64,000 bases of DNA from Isurus oxyrinchus (lineage: Eukaryota): the NCBI GenBank assembly GCA_026770705.1, contig JANJGN010000035.1, positions 7,068,001-7,132,000 on the forward strand, given 5' to 3'. Positions 13,500-27,529 of the stretch are shown here, one piece after another (position 1 is the stretch's first letter; each line of letters opens with the position of its first letter). The notes under the pieces were generated by a model. It was not told where the DNA came from, ran no database searches, and was given only the letters and a program-made list of their open reading frames with translations. The position numbers were made by a program, and so were the translations under genes.

Positions 13500-14330
13500 C
13501 TTCCAAGTAACGACAGCACTGAGAAACGCTGTATCCTCACGAAAATCATGAAACCCCTCACCTTCCCTTTTCCAGACTGCAGATTGGCCACAGGACACAC
13601 CCAACAATACTCCCTACTAGTCCACCCCTCCAGTGACAAGGTTCTTCATGATTAAATTCCCACCAGAGTTAAAACAGACAACTGGAACAACCAGGTGACC
13701 CCAAGACCCGCAAGGGAAGTCCAAGAAAGCACACCTGTGACTCCCTTCCTACCTTACGATTACACCCCAAATTTCCTCGGATCCTCGCACCCCCCACTTG
13801 CAGAAGCAACAGCCCCCAGCCCTGAGCCCAGCATGCGACTGCAACCTCAAACACCATCTGCACTCCTGAGCCAAGGATTGCACTCCCTGTCACGGGAGCG
13901 CATCCTGGCAACCCAGGCGCCCTTGATTCCATTGATATCCCAAACCCTTCAAACACTGCCACAACTATTTTACCCCACCCACCCATCAACTGCACCACAG
14001 CACCTAGACTATGCCCTGCATCCCCAGGCTAATTATTCATCCCTTGAATGCGCTTCATACCAAGTCTTAGCGCCGAGTCTACTACTGCATTGTGCATCCA
14101 GCACTGCAGTTCATCCCCATGCCCTTCCCAGCTGCATCAGCCTCGGAGCCAATGACTGCCCGTCCAACCACCACGCATCCACAACTACAATCTCAACACC
14201 CTAACTGAACTTTCCATCCCCATAGACAGACATAAACCCTCAACTGCCTCCCCCACAACCAGAACCCCCAATGATCATCAGAGAAACCTTCAGTGACTTC
14301 CCCCTGCCTCCCCCCCCCCCAACCAATGAG
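13500..14330. repeat. C/A-rich strand-skewed low-complexity tract (copy 1)
   Basis: Dense C runs and few G on the + strand; lies just upstream of the conserved CACTTCCATTTAA anchor (~14482). Confidence 0.6.
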
Positions 14331-15390
14331 AACATTGCGGTTGGATATTCAGTCTCTGACTGCACGGATGCATAAGGGTGAAGCAAATATAATCCTTAAT
14401 TATGTTCATTTCCCTCTTCCAAATGATAATTTCCACAGCCTCGTGGTCCAGGGCAAAAATTACTATGTTAGTAATTTTAATCACTTCCATTTAACTGTAA
14501 TTATTCAAGCGATTATTTATATTTCTCGTTGAGCGATGAATGTTTTTTTTCCTCATTAGCGGTTTTGTGTCCCTTTGTTGCTTTCTCTCCAATACTCGAC
14601 CTTACTCTTATCCTTCTAGGCATTGGCTCTAAATGAGTTAACATTTATTTTGATATCCTGTTTTGTACTAATAATATGCTTATCTTCACAAACATACGAT
14701 GGGATCATAGCTATGTTTTCATTTCAACGTTTTTTTTGGCTGAATATATCGTACATTGTTGTTTTACAGGCAAAACCACGCTTATCCTACTGTCATAATT
14801 TCATGTCTTTAGTGGTTATGTTTAGCAACAATTTCCTTTTACATGTTTCCCTGGTAGAAGTGATGATTTGATGTTAAAGATGTTGATCTGTTGGAAGATA
14901 TTTATTTACAGTAACACGTTTCACATTATCTTGGGAAAAAAAAACATAATCTGAGATTATGGTCCTTGAAAGGTCGCGCAATATGAAACAAAATCTTTTT
15001 CTGCCCATTGTCATTTTTTTTTGGCAGATTGCATTTGTAACCTTTAACCTCCCATGCACATGAAATCGCTTAGAAACCGTGGCTAACCTGCCGTTATTTT
15101 CATTGGAAGTAAATATGCGTTCTATCACAGATCAATGTGCTAATGACACAGACTGGCGATGAGAACAATTGTGTGCAGGTTAATGTAATGGCAGTTGGAA
15201 GATTAAGAAGAAGCCCATTTGAAAGGCAGAATGGAGAATGCGCAAAAAATGCAGTTACGGTAGTTGCTCCATGTTTCCCTTCTTTTTATGAATTAGTTGA
15301 TATAGCACAAGCAAATCTTTTGTTCACCATCAATTATCTTGCCGGCTGCTGTACCAACAACGATGTTTTTGCTCCAATTCTAATGCATAG

Positions 15391-15554
15391 GGGAATATAA
15401 TACTGGACTTAAATGAAGTGAGTTGAAAGGCACTAAGATGCACCATTCCAATGCTGCAGAATTATATCATTATGGTGATCATGCTCAAACAAGGATGGGA
15501 CATGCGGATAACAGCAGTACACAAGAATGCCTCAACAGTCAAGAAGAAAATGAG
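15391..15554 (+). pseudogene. Exon A1 (164 nt, phase 1->0) with one in-frame stop
   Basis: ATGCATAG| ... GAAAATGAG|GTACAT. Reads EYNTGLK*SELKGTKMHHSNAAELYHYGDHAQTRMGHADNSSTQECLNSQEENE; TGA at 15414-15416. Confidence 0.7.
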
Positions 15555-18500
15555 GTACATTATGTAAAAAAATAGACATTGACCTTCGATCAAACCTTTT
15601 ATTTATCTGCACGTAGTGTATGCAATTTGTCCTTAAGGGAAATTGAGTATATTCATGGATTACAAAAATTAGTCAAGTGGTGGCTCAAACATTAATTTTA
15701 CTTGGTTGCTTTCAGCACGTCGTTTTGTGTCATTACTTTGTAAACTGGAATGGGAAATATTCCAATAATGCCATTTGTTGATTTTGTGCTAGTGATCAAC
15801 AGCCCCTGCACTTCTGTTTCCATGGGGCAAATGTGCATAGCATCTTTGCGCAGAGAAGAGTCCGTGCAGAGAAATCCTCTCATTCCTCCTACTATGCTTT
15901 TTGAAGTTGGCCCTGCAATCTAATCACCTAAAGTGCTATGTCTTTTCATATTGAAACACCCTCTTAGGCAGCGTTTCACAACTTATGACAAATTGCAGAA
16001 AAAAATATATTGCCGCACATTATTCTGGAATTTCTCGTTCATATGTGTAAGGCTATTTACACTGGTTCATCTGTCAAGAGATAATGAGCATCACGTCTTA
16101 TTTAATTTTCTGATCGAATATTGTACAATAATTCCATATTACCTCAACCTCTTTTAGTCCAATGAACATAATCCGAGCTTCTGCAGGTTAACTTTGAAGC
16201 TGTATTCCACCCTACCTTGAACAAATTGTAAGTGTCCTCGAAACCTTTTCATATATCTTTGCATCATTCCCAAAATGGAAATGACTAAACTGGATGCATG
16301 AAACTACTTGAAGACAAATCAAACCTTTCCTGCTTTCAGATAAAACACACCTCTGTTTTTCAACTCAATGTGTCAAATTGCGAAGCGATACATTCCCATA
16401 TTCTTGGTTAATTGCACTCTTAAAGAGTCCTGCCAACATCAATGAAATGCATCTCAACTAGCTGATCCATCTTTCTTGGAATGGTCTTTAGAATGTCCAA
16501 ATTCATTTCTCTCCCTGTCACTTTTACCAAAATGCATCGCCATACAATCGTAAGTATTAAATTTCATCAGCTGCAAGTCTTACATTTCTATTTGGCTCAG
16601 TGCTTTTGTCATTCATTCTATTAGTGACATTTGCAAAAGTTTATTTCAAAACAACTTGATGTATCTACCTTGGTTTCCCATACAAGGCTCTAAAACAAAT
16701 AATCCTCTTCAATATGATAATGACAATTCTTTATCACGAGCCTAGAACTTGTTAACCGGTGGTAATTGTGGTATCAGTTAATGAAATACATTAGGCAATA
16801 ACAGAGCAGTTTAAAAAAAAAATCCGTATTCGAATATCATAATTAATTGAAACTGCTCCCGAAGTTTGACACTTTTTTTCATAATTATACTACTGAAAGC
16901 CTGTACACGACGGGTGGTTAGCGAAGTATCTTGTTATTACTAAGCATGATGTTACACATCGTTCTGAGGAAGCTAATAACATGTGATACTTTTCACCTGT
17001 ATAGTGGCATATCTTACTGCCTGTAAGTAGATTGCAAGCCCACATGAAAAGGATCCATATTTATTCTAAGCATAACGAGGCATTCCAAAACATTTTCTTC
17101 TGTAGTTCTCATACCATGTTTATGTAATTTTTCATACCAAAATGCACATATGCCACATGGGTTTAGAACTGCAGGGAGCTTTTCATCACTAATACGAAAT
17201 CAACCAAATAACCTTATTGAAATAATTTGCATTCCAATTCACAAGATCTGTTCCACCAACTTTCTCCACTTTTAAAGATATTCATTTCAAGTACATTTTA
17301 GTAAGTATACACCGATAAACTGTACTATTTATATTTTCTAGCTTTCTTCTCTACCTCCATGCAAATATAATCTTCTTTATCCCTCTTCGCGCCTCACACA
17401 GATGCCCTGAATCTGCTGATTACTTGCACGTTGTAAGAACTTTCTTTTTCTTTTTTGTTTCCGTTAATGTAAAATTTCTTCCAAATCGAATATTAGAGCT
17501 AAATATCATTTTATCATATCCTGCATTTCCAATATCAACTACAGCTTTTGTCCTGCTTGTCACTTACGAAATTTATCTGCTATGCCTTGTATGCCCCTTT
17601 ATTTATTTAATGTTATTGTGTTATAGTCTTGCACATCGGCATTCGTTAATTTTCAGTCGGGTTTGATTCCCCTTCCTCCAAGAGCAGTATTATTCTAATA
17701 ACGGAAGCACTCTAATTCAGAATGCCTCTTGCTTTTGTCCACGACTTTTGTTAACATACTTACCCGATGACAAAATAAAAGGATCCTGACAGGATTTGGT
17801 ACTCAAGGCGCATCTCATTCTCCAGAAGCAGCTCCTCGGCTTTAAGAACTTCATAGTTGCAACATGAAAGCATTGATCAAAGATGTACAAAAGAAGACAT
17901 ATTAGTGTTGCTCATATCACTGATTCCCCTTTGGTATGTGTCGAAAAAATAATTTACTCTACTTTGTATGAAGAAAATTCATTTTCTTACAGCTCAGGCC
18001 GCTTAGATATTCATTGCTGACTGTAAGGTAAAACACAGCGAAATTTCCAGCACAGATTGTTCGAATAATTCTACAGGATTCGGACACTGAAAAACAGGCA
18101 GTGCAATATCGAAATATTTGTTCATTTCCCAAAAACGTAATGATCCTCGGTTCGCCAATAAAAAACAATCTTATCATAAATTGTGACTGTGTCCCCAAAT
18201 AGAACTCTTACATGTCTCCAAAATGTCCTTTACAAGCGATTGCACATTCAACATTACTCAAATGTTTATTCACATGTCACTTCCTTTCTCATCAACCAGT
18301 TTTTGGCGACGGTCTATGTGTCAATGGTTGCTTTAGATTCACATTTAATCCGACGAATTTGCTAAATTTCCTGGATCTCATCATCACACGGCTTTACATT
18401 GATTATCTTTAAATCCCTCTTGCCATTTGATGAAATTCTCTTCACATCCATGCAGATTGGTTTAAAAATTATATATCCATATGTTGCTTCCGAGCCTCTT

Positions 18501-18783
18501 TCCCAGAAATTTCAAATATCTTTGAAAAAGGTGGTCAACAATTTAGGAACTCTGTCATTAAATTTCAAAGCCATAATAATATCAAAGACATTTTTGTAAG
18601 CATTGCTATCCAAGTTATATGATGAAACATGAGACTGGTCAAATCTGCATTCACTGTCACGCATCCTCCGTGATTATCATTTCAGCCATTTCGTCTACTT
18701 TAATTGGGGTATTACGATAATCAATGTGCTGAAAAACTGGCAATACAATGTTAATATGCATGTTCCTATCTTGCGATTTTCAG

Positions 18784-18931
18784 AATTAAAAGGTGAATAC
18801 TTCGCCTGAAAGTATGCCCTGTATGGAAAATGCCGATATCATTGCACTCAATAACACGACCAATGATGGTCCAGAAGAAAAACAGCAAGAAAAGAAAGCC
18901 GATAATTTTGAAGGAATCAGACAAGTGTCCG
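18784..18931 (+). pseudogene. Exon B1 (148 nt, phase 0->1) with a stop at codon 2
   Basis: TTTTCAG|AAT TAA AAG GTG..., donor CCG|GTGAGT. Reads N*KVNTSPESMPCMENADIIALNNTTNDGPEEKQQEKKADNFEGIRQVS. An in-frame AAG| at 18792 would skip the stop. Confidence 0.75.
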
Positions 18932-20379
18932 GTGAGTTAATGTTTTCTCTGAACCAGAAAGAAAATCATCTAATTGTTTAAGTCTCTTCTCATTCTATTG
19001 TAGTTTTTGGCTCCACTGCGATGTTTATTTCAAATCTGCACCGGAGTCATAGAGCATGATACACATGCTTAGGGTGTTTCAGATATGTGACCTTGAACCT
19101 CCTTAAAACCTTACAATCAAGAATGTTTTACTCCTTCTTTGGCACATTGATTTTTACAGTTAACGGCCTATTGCTTCAGATTGTCTGATTCTAAAGAGCC
19201 ATTTGGTGGTGCATATTTACGCTTCGTCCAAATATGCGCACACACTTACATTTCTTTTATCAAATGGAAAAGAACATGCACACCACAAAACGAGCATTCA
19301 CCAGGTGTCACACATTTAAGTCCAGAGAATTTTTGGCAAAACTGATATGATGTTCCTCTCTGATTCTCCTAATACTTGGTTCCGTCACTCTTCCTACAGA
19401 ACACTCCACCCCACTGTTCTTTTTACTTGTAATGTTTCCTCACTTGTTATCACCATTCTTCCCAATCACGTTGAGTACACACAGCTGTCTCTTTTGAGAA
19501 CCATATTCAAACGATCGACAGCAGAAAACGGCTGAAAAGGCTCATGTCTTAACCACATCAGGAATTCATGTAAATGAGGATCGACTATGTCAGCCTTTCA
19601 CCATTTTTCATACTTAGATGTGCAGGATTCCCTTTTCACTAGCTCAGCACTCGCACACTCTCATATTGTCCAATAAGGAAATGGAAGCTGACATGAAGCT
19701 AAGGGTTGCCATGATGAGACCGCCATGTTTCCCATCGTTTCTACTGAGGCATTGAGAATACCCTTGTCTGCTCGACTACCTCCAATCTACAATGCTGACC
19801 ATGGCTCTATTCCATCAAATGGGGAGAGATTGTAGCCTTCACTTTGCTCAAATTTGAATGTGCACATTCCTGTGGTTCGAAAATTCCAGCATCCAATGTC
19901 GGTCTGAGAGAGCAAATGTAATCTAATATTTGTCCCAACTGAACCCTTCACAAACAGCTCCCCCTCCCCCCCGCCCCCCCAAACCTCACACACCTCACTG
20001 AGGAATCCGACCATTGACCACCTGAATATTGAGCTCGCCCACAGATTTCCAACTCCATTCCCAGCTTAACATGATACTCTATTATTCTTGGATGGCTATC
20101 TCCTAGACGTCCCTTTACCATGACTTTGTTGATTAATCCTATCCCGTTACTCATAACCAAGCCCAGGGTATGCTTCTCCTGGTAGGCTTTGGAATGCACA
20201 TCTTTAAGCAATTACCCCAATTCAATAAGATGAAACAATTTGCCGGCTAAAATTTGCCAGTCTAATTCTGCCAGTATGTAAGTCGTTTAAAGTAACCCAT
20301 GAAAATTATCCTCCAGATTTTGTTTTCAATTGATAATAGAATTGTTCCTAATCAGTAAACAGAACATGTCTCTCATTGT

Positions 20380-21000
20380 TGTTCATTTTATCCATACCTA
20401 ATTGTGCCTGAACAACTGGATCTCAACATCCTACTGCATGTTTCTCTTCAGCTCCAAGAGTATGCCCTGAGACCTCGGAACAGGAAGGCAACAGGACTCA
20501 TGCTCTCAATCGCAGATAACTGTGCCTTTCCATATGACAATAGTGCCCCAAACTGCTATTACCTTCTTGTTAACACCTACACACCAGGTTTTTTTTTTTT
20601 TCGGTCATCGGCCGCCGTGGACGGTTGCTCAGTCATCTTGCTGATGCTCTCATCCATACAAGGTGCCTATTTAATGAAACCTTTGCCCAACTGGAAGTAC
20701 TGAGGCACGCCAAATTTTACTTTTTCACCCCCGTGTCTGCTTCATTAGCAGTAACACTCACATATACCTGAGCACTGACCAAATCAGAAAAATTATCATA
20801 TGGATTGTGAACTCATCCTTTAATAATGAACACATTGAAATATCATCGACGCAGTTGTCTATTGGATCACTGTACCCACTGCTCCTTGTGAAGCATAAAG
20901 ACCCCGAGGCAAAGCTCTTCAAGCTGCATGCACTTATTCCAGGAGACTGTTTCTTCCCAAAGACCTATTTCCGTGAGCCGTTGACTTACAGTTAGCATTT
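20380..21000 (-). mobile_element. Old CR1 ORF1-region fragment
   Basis: CTGGATCTCAACATCCTACTGCATG...CCCTGAGACC...AAGGCAAC resembles the antisense ORF1 segment at ~37970-38070. Confidence 0.45.
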
Positions 21001-21369
21001 TTTATACACTTTATTAAACGAGTTTTGAAAATGCGTGGAAATTTCACCTTTCACTTCTCTTTATCTTCCCAGGAGCATACTTTCTCAGCAAGATAGCTGA
21101 AATTGTCAGTTTTTAAAATGGCTTTCCTATAACTTTACCTAATGTCTGCTAATACTTAGTTAAAACTTCCTGATGAATACGTTGATGCATTTTCTCCATG
21201 ATCGTTTTGTAGCTTTCTCACGTGTTCCCTGTTTTCATTTCCCTGCCTGTAGTGGATAGCAGTTTTATATCTGTTAACGATTTATGTACAAACATTGTAC
21301 GATCCAATGAATTTTGGAATGTCATCAGCATTGCATGACCTCTCTTTGTGATGAATAAGCCTACGTTTT

Positions 21370-21510
21370 AGCCATGTTCTAAGGAAGAATCTTATTCCAC
21401 TAAAGATGCAAACTCTGTTTCGTCGTTGAACGATACTGCCAGACCTCTTGAGTACTTTTAGCAGTTTTTGCTGTCATTTCAGATTTCCAGCATTGCAGCA
21501 GGCTTTATAA
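21370..21510 (+). mobile_element. Penelope-like element 3' tail fragment
   Basis: GATACTGCCAGACCTCTTGAGTACTTTTAGCAGTTTTTG...AGATTTCCAGCATTGCAG matches the tail at 32973-33050. Confidence 0.7.
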
Positions 21511-21949
21511 TATATAGGGTGTAGCCATCATGAGCTGGGGTGTTTGTCGCTTTACAGTCACTGCTGCTGTTGTTTGCATTAGCCTTCTCAATCTCAATCG
21601 TCCTTTTCTTACCATGTTTTCAGGGAAGGGATACATGTCTCCCAATGTTAACACAAAAACATCTTCGGGTCAGAGACCAAACTCCCGTTTCCAAGTCTGC
21701 AAAGACATAAAAATACTTAATTAGCTATATATGTTTAACAAAGTCAGGCGTGCGTTAGGACGAAGAAGCATCACTCCCCCAAACATAAATCCATGCAGGC
21801 AGTTGCAAAGAGATTCAATCCTGGCTTTTTACCTCACAAGTTGCCGTAACTTAAGTTTATGCAATTTCCCATAAATTCGGCTTTCCTGGGCATTGTATCT
21901 AAAGGGGGTAACCCCGGCCCAATTCATCAAACATCATCCCCACCCCACG

Positions 21950-23100
21950 CCTCCCCATACACTTCGTTCGGGGAAATTTACGCGATTTCGCAAGAAGTTC
22001 CAACCTCTGTTAGGCGATTTTTCTACAACCGAGCAGATAATGTGATCTCAATTCCAATATTTGGATGATTCCGCTTTTGCTACTGTAATAGATACCAAGA
22101 ACAAAGTATGAAGAATTAAATGTATGAAGAATTAAAAACACTCCAGCTTCTGCATAACTACAGCACTGTCCCGGCCCAACACCCCACTGAATTTCCTCAA
22201 CAATTCTCGTCCCACGTCCTCCAGCCCATGAAGGGCAACTGGGATCCTACAGCTACTGAATATTTGCCTTTCCCCCGACAATGGCCTTTGGACACGATAA
22301 CACCACGCTTCCTTCCGAGTGCACACCCACACCCCGAACATCCACAGAGCCATACAATCCCGAAAGGACCCCAAAAAAGTCAGATAGACTGCTGGCCCTT
22401 CCTACCCAAACATTACACACCGAAATTCACACATAAAGCCGCAACAGCAGTCACACTCCATCTTTCCTATGAAACATCCCACAACACCAACAAACCCCTT
22501 TGAACTGCTCACCCACTGAACACAACCTCCCGTGGACTGCACCCTCAAATCATGACTGTCGAATATCGCATTATCTAACCAAACTCCTGAATGCACACAC
22601 ACACATATGTTCCTTCACAAACGCAAATAGATCACTGGTCCCCGAATGCACGCCCCACCACCTGATTATATTCCCAATCCACGTGTCTGTCACAAAACCC
22701 GGCCTGGCCTCAAGCCTCGAGTGCACCGACGACCCATAATGTACCTCACCCCCGCTGCACTCAACACCGAGCCTGCACTCTACACCACCAATTGCAAGTC
22801 AATGACTTACCGCCTCAATTCCAACAACACACCCACAACGAATGCCTTCCCGACAGCTGAAAACCCGAATGTACAGCTGATACCCTCACACCCCTCACAC
22901 CAGTGGCCACCCCCTCACTGTGGACCTCGAACACTAGAAACCCGCAAGCTAATCACTGGCAAAGATTAACCGACCCCCAACCATAAATACCAAACCCCCA
23001 ACTGTCCATTGACTCACTGACCATCGAAGAGCCACTGACTCCACATGACCACCCAAGATCCCCACTCAAACCAAACCACCATAAACTGCACCAACGCTGT
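21950..23100. repeat. C/A-rich strand-skewed low-complexity tract (copy 2)
   Basis: C/A-dominated + strand, upstream of the CACTTCCATTTAA anchor (~23336). Confidence 0.6.
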
Positions 23101-24168
23101 TGAATTACCTAATCAACGTAAGTTATCCCTGGCTGCTCAAAGTGGCTGGACGTTCAACTTCCCTGCTTAACAGTCATTCCCCCGCGTCGCTGAAGCACTT
23201 CTTGTGTCATATGTTAGGTGTGGTGTAAAAGTAACGGTTAATATATTCCTAAAACCTCGTGAACTTATTATGTTTAATTATGATTTATACAGACATGGGC
23301 TCTAAACCAACAATGATTACTTTAGCCATTTTGCTCACTTCCATTTAAATGTAGTACTTCGAGCTATCTGTCTTTATTTACGTATTCCTAGATTGTTCAA
23401 TCCCTCTATTTTTGTAAAATCTTGACCCTTCATTCAATTTTTAGTTAATTTGTTAACTTAATTTGTTCCAATATTGTGCTTTCCTCAAGAAAAAACAATG
23501 AAATAATGTTTTTTTTTTAATTTAGCGCATTGTTGGTTTACGATATGCACTGTTTTTCTTTTGCTTTCAAAAGAACTTTTGTTTGTTTTTTGTTTGATGG
23601 TCAAGACATTTAGCAAATAGGTTTAGCCACATATTTCTCAGACATATTAAGATGGTGGACACATTAATTTGAATATAGAAACAAAATATTATAGACATAA
23701 TTTGTTCTTAATAACAAACATGAATTTATCTAAATTAAAACAATTTGGAAATACAGACCTTGAAATTTCACCTCACCTGACAAAAAAAATTTTAGGGACC
23801 ATTGCATTTATGTTGCCTGATTCTATTTGTACCGATTATCCTCCAGTACGCAGACCATCGATTAGATGCACTAACTAACTTGCTGTGCATTCCATTGGTG
23901 GGAAAAGCCTTTGCAATTACAGATAAATAGGTTAGCTAGCAGAAGGCGATTATATAAATGATGTAAATATTAATGTACTTGCGGATCAAAGGGAAAGAAG
24001 TTAGCCAATTGGACAGAAAGGATTGCAAATTCTTGAAATATGCAATTATGATATTTGTTTTCCCTCTTTTTTATGAAGTACTAGACATAACAGAAGAGAT
24101 CTATTTGTCCAGCTGTCAACATCTTACAATAAAAACACCGATTTTTTTGTTCCAATTCAAATGCATAG

Positions 24169-24340
24169 TGGACGATAATACTGGACGTGAAATACCATAG
24201 TTGGCAGGCGCTCACACAAATCATTCTAATCATGCAGAATTAGATCCTAATGCTCATCATGCTCAAACAAGCGAGGAACATGTGGTAATATCAGTGCAGA
24301 AGGGCCCCAAGAATGGCGACCCAGCGGAACAGAATATGAG
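24169..24340 (+). pseudogene. Exon A2 (172 nt) with a stop and a frameshift
   Basis: ATGCATAG| ... ATATGAG|GTATGT. Reads DDNTGREIP*LAGAHTNHSNHAELDPNAHHAQTSEEHVVIS...; TAG at 24198-24200; one nt shorter than the 173-nt A4. Confidence 0.7.
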
Positions 24341-25804
24341 GTATGTTTGATGAAATAAAATACAGTAAACTACGATCGAATTGGTTAGAAATATTTTGTT
24401 TAACTGCAGTCACTTCATGTAATTTGTACTTAAGGCTAAATAAGTATAATTCGGAATGTAACTACATTAGGTATCTTAGGCTTAAGTGTGGCTCAAATAT
24501 TAATTAGGTTTCCGCTTTCACCAGTCTTTTGCATCGGTCACTTTGTAAACTGTAATAGTAATTATTCCAATAATTGTATTTGGTCGGTTTCGTACTATTG
24601 ATCAACAGCCTGTGCACTTCCTTATCCATGAGAAATGTGCATTGCATAATTGCTGCACAAAAACCTGCCGAGAAATCCACTCAGTCCTCCCACTTTGCCC
24701 TTTGATGTTGTTCTCGTAAATGTATGCCCTTTCACGCAGAAACACCCTCGTTTGCGGTGTTTTCCCAGTTATGATGAATTGCAGCATAACAAACATTTTT
24801 CCTCACATTATTCCATTAATACTTCTCCAGAACTTTAAATACATTTACCCATGTTACTCTGTCTACAGCTAATAAGCATGATGTCTAATTTACCTATCTT
24901 ATCTAAGACTGTCATAATCGTCCTAGACTCTTATCTAATCGTAATCACTCTTACTCCAAAGAAAATAATCTGTGCTTCTCCAGCTGTAACTTTCAAACTA
25001 CATACCAGCGTTCCTGGAACAAATCGTAAATTTCCTCGAAAACCATTCCTTCACATCCTTACCAAAATGTAATTGTCTGAACTGGACGCAGTAAACTGCT
25101 TGAAGCCTGACTTTCTTGAATACAGAAGAACACCACTGTTTTCGTACTCAAACTTTTCAATTTGGGAAGCTGCACATTCACCTTTTTCTTGGCTAATTGC
25201 TGCCTGAATGAGTTCTGCCAAATTCATTATCATGCATCTGATCTACCCGACCCCTCTGTCCCTGAATGCTGTTTAAAAATGGGCAACATAATTTTTCTCC
25301 CAATCACTGTTACCAAAATTCGTCGCTTCGCAATCCACATGATACATTTCTTGTCCCATATGTCTTCCATTTCAGTTCGGGTCAGCCCTGCCGGCATTCT
25401 ATCTATTTACCTCACTTGCAACATTAGTTTATAAACAACTGTGTATTTCCACCTTGAATTCTAATATAAGGCAAAATATCGAATAATGCTATTCTGAGTG
25501 ATGCAGACAATTATTTACAACGGGCCTCCATATTGTTGACCATTATTTAAGGTGGTTTCAAACAATCAACTACGTTAGCAGATCGCACTGGCTTTTATAA
25601 ATTCGTCTCGAACGTCTAAATTAATTAAGGCTGCTCCGAGAGCGAGACACTTTATTTCATAATAATACCACCGAAGCCCTTTAAGGCACTGATGTTAAAT
25701 GAAATAACTTGTTTTTAGGAGGTATGATTATACATATATTTCTGAAGAATTGCCACTCTATACACGTGACAATTTTCACCTGTATAGAGTGCATATCGTA
25801 TTGT

Positions 25805-25922
25805 CCAGAAATAGTTGGCGAGAATGGAAAGTACATGCGAACATGAACAGGAGACAAATAGAATATTGAAAGTACATGCGAACACGAACTGGAGTAAAAT
25901 GGAATATTAAATAGCTTCCAAA
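25805..25922 (-). repeat. Inverted copy of 26971-27048 with an internal 41-bp tandem duplication
   Basis: CCAGAAATAGTTGGCGAGAATGGAAAGTACATGCG...AAATAGCTTCCAAA versus the reverse complement of 26971-27048 (CCAAAATATACTTGGCGAGAATAGGAAGTACATGCA...AAATAGCTTCCAAA). GAAAGTACATGCGAACA occurs at 25827 and 25868. Confidence 0.85.
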
Positions 25923-26745
25923 ATAAATTGCACATCGACATGAAAAGCAGACTTCTTCACTTTAACCATACTTAGACGTTCCAGGACATTTCTCTTTCAG
26001 TTTACAGACGAGCCCTCCCCCCATCGAGCTCCACTTTTGAAGACATTCCTTTCAGATACATTTTATTGAGTAAACATACATAAATGTACTAATTGTATAA
26101 ACAATCTATTTCACGACCTCCATGCATATATAATATTTCTTAATCCCTGTTAGCGCCTCTCCCAGATTCCTCCAAATTGCTGATCATTTGCCTATTGCCA
26201 GAACATGTTTATTTACCGTTTGCGTTCATGTTAAAAAGTGTTCGAACTCGAATGTTACCTCTACGAATTATTTTATCATTCCCTTCACTTTCGCTTTGAA
26301 TTTATGCATTTTCATATGTTCTCGCTTACAAAATTGACCCGATACATATCGTAGGCCCTTCATTTCTTTAATGTTATTATATTTCAGTTTCCAACGTCAA
26401 CATGTATCCTCTCTAAGTATGGGATGATTCCTCTTCATCCCAGAGAAGCATAATTCTAATAACGGATAAACTGTACTACTGATTGCCTCTCCCTTTTCTC
26501 CGTAAATTTTGTTAAACTAATAATATGATGTGAAATGTAAACCAAGGGTGACCCTAGAGACGCTAGGCTACGATGGCGCACCTCATGCCCTAGAAGCTGC
26601 AGGCCCAGACATATGACTTTCATTGTTTGAACAGGAATGCATTGATCAAAGATGTCCAAACGAGAGTGCCTGTAACTCCGATCCACCTTTCATGTTTGTC
26701 TTACAGGAACGTCTAAAAACTAATTGATGATATGTAGTTATTAAA

Positions 26746-26755
26746 TATATATTTA

Positions 26756-26804
<49 letters not shown>
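26746..26804. repeat. (TA)n microsatellite
   Basis: Direct observation. Confidence 0.97.
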
Positions 26805-26806
<2 letters not shown>

Positions 26807-27529
26807 ACAATCAACAAGCTGAGAACATTCCAAGTCCTTGGGTCATGACCCGAACACGAGAGAAGCCCCAGTCGGCCAAAAAAAAAAAACAAAAGTAGGA
26901 AGTACAAACTTACCATGAATTGTGACTGTGTCTCCCAGAAGACCTCTTACATCATGCCTCTGTCTTGGTCTTTGGAAGCTATTTCACGTTCAAATTTACT
27001 CCAGTTCTTGTTTGCATGTACTTCCTATTCTCGCCAAGTATATTTTGGCTACGCTATTTTTGGCCATGGATGCTTTATATTCACAATTAGTCGGGCTAGG
27101 TTACTTACTCACGAAGATTTCACCGGCCCTTGGTTATACTTTGACTGATTTTCCCTAAATCCTTCCATTTTCTTCATGTCTCTGGTCTGGACGCACATGC
27201 AAATATTGTGAAAAATAATGCAAAATTAATTTTAAAACTCTTCCCCAGAAAACACAAAGAATATTGAAAAAAAAAAAAATCAGTAATGTAGGAAGCCTGC
27301 GATCACCATTCGATTAAATCATTTTATCAATCACGTTGTTGTAAAGTTTGTTATCAAAGTAATAATAATGCAATTTGGGACTGCTCATCTTTATCTTTAC
27401 TATCATTCATTTTACGTATGGAGGTTTTAACGCATTGTGCAGACTTCTATTCGGGAATTGCATTAATCAGCATGCTGAAAAACTGGCAATTCAATGTTAA
27501 TATGCATTGCCCAAACTTATAAATATCAG

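Larger units (their letters stand above)
14330..20200 (+). repeat. Tandem duplication unit 1 (contains exons A1 and B1)
   Basis: Colinear anchors shared with other units, e.g. GATCAACAGCCCCTGCACTTC (~15794; cf. ~24600, ~31104, ~39758, ~44588), ACCAAAATGCATC (~16526), CCATATTCAAACG (19501). Confidence 0.9.

Noticed and set aside
13669-14204. 169-aa Pro/Ser/Thr-rich ORF, and similar ORFs at 22120-22969
   Set aside because: They arise from C/A-rich low-complexity DNA depleted of stop codons; no splice or homology support, and the peptides are not conserved between tracts.
15414-15416. In-frame TGA in A1 (and TGA at 32214-32216) as selenocysteine or readthrough
   Set aside because: Paralogs have other codons at the A1 position, the other stops are TAG/TAA, and the Penelope TGA most simply derives from a Cys codon; I found no SECIS evidence.
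22106-22136. 15-bp direct repeat GTATGAAGAATTAAA separated by one base
   Set aside because: A simple local duplication with no inserted element; no evidence of function.
25827-25908. 41-bp direct repeat as a CRISPR-like array
   Set aside because: Only two abutting copies with no spacer, in eukaryotic DNA; explained by the templated insertion.
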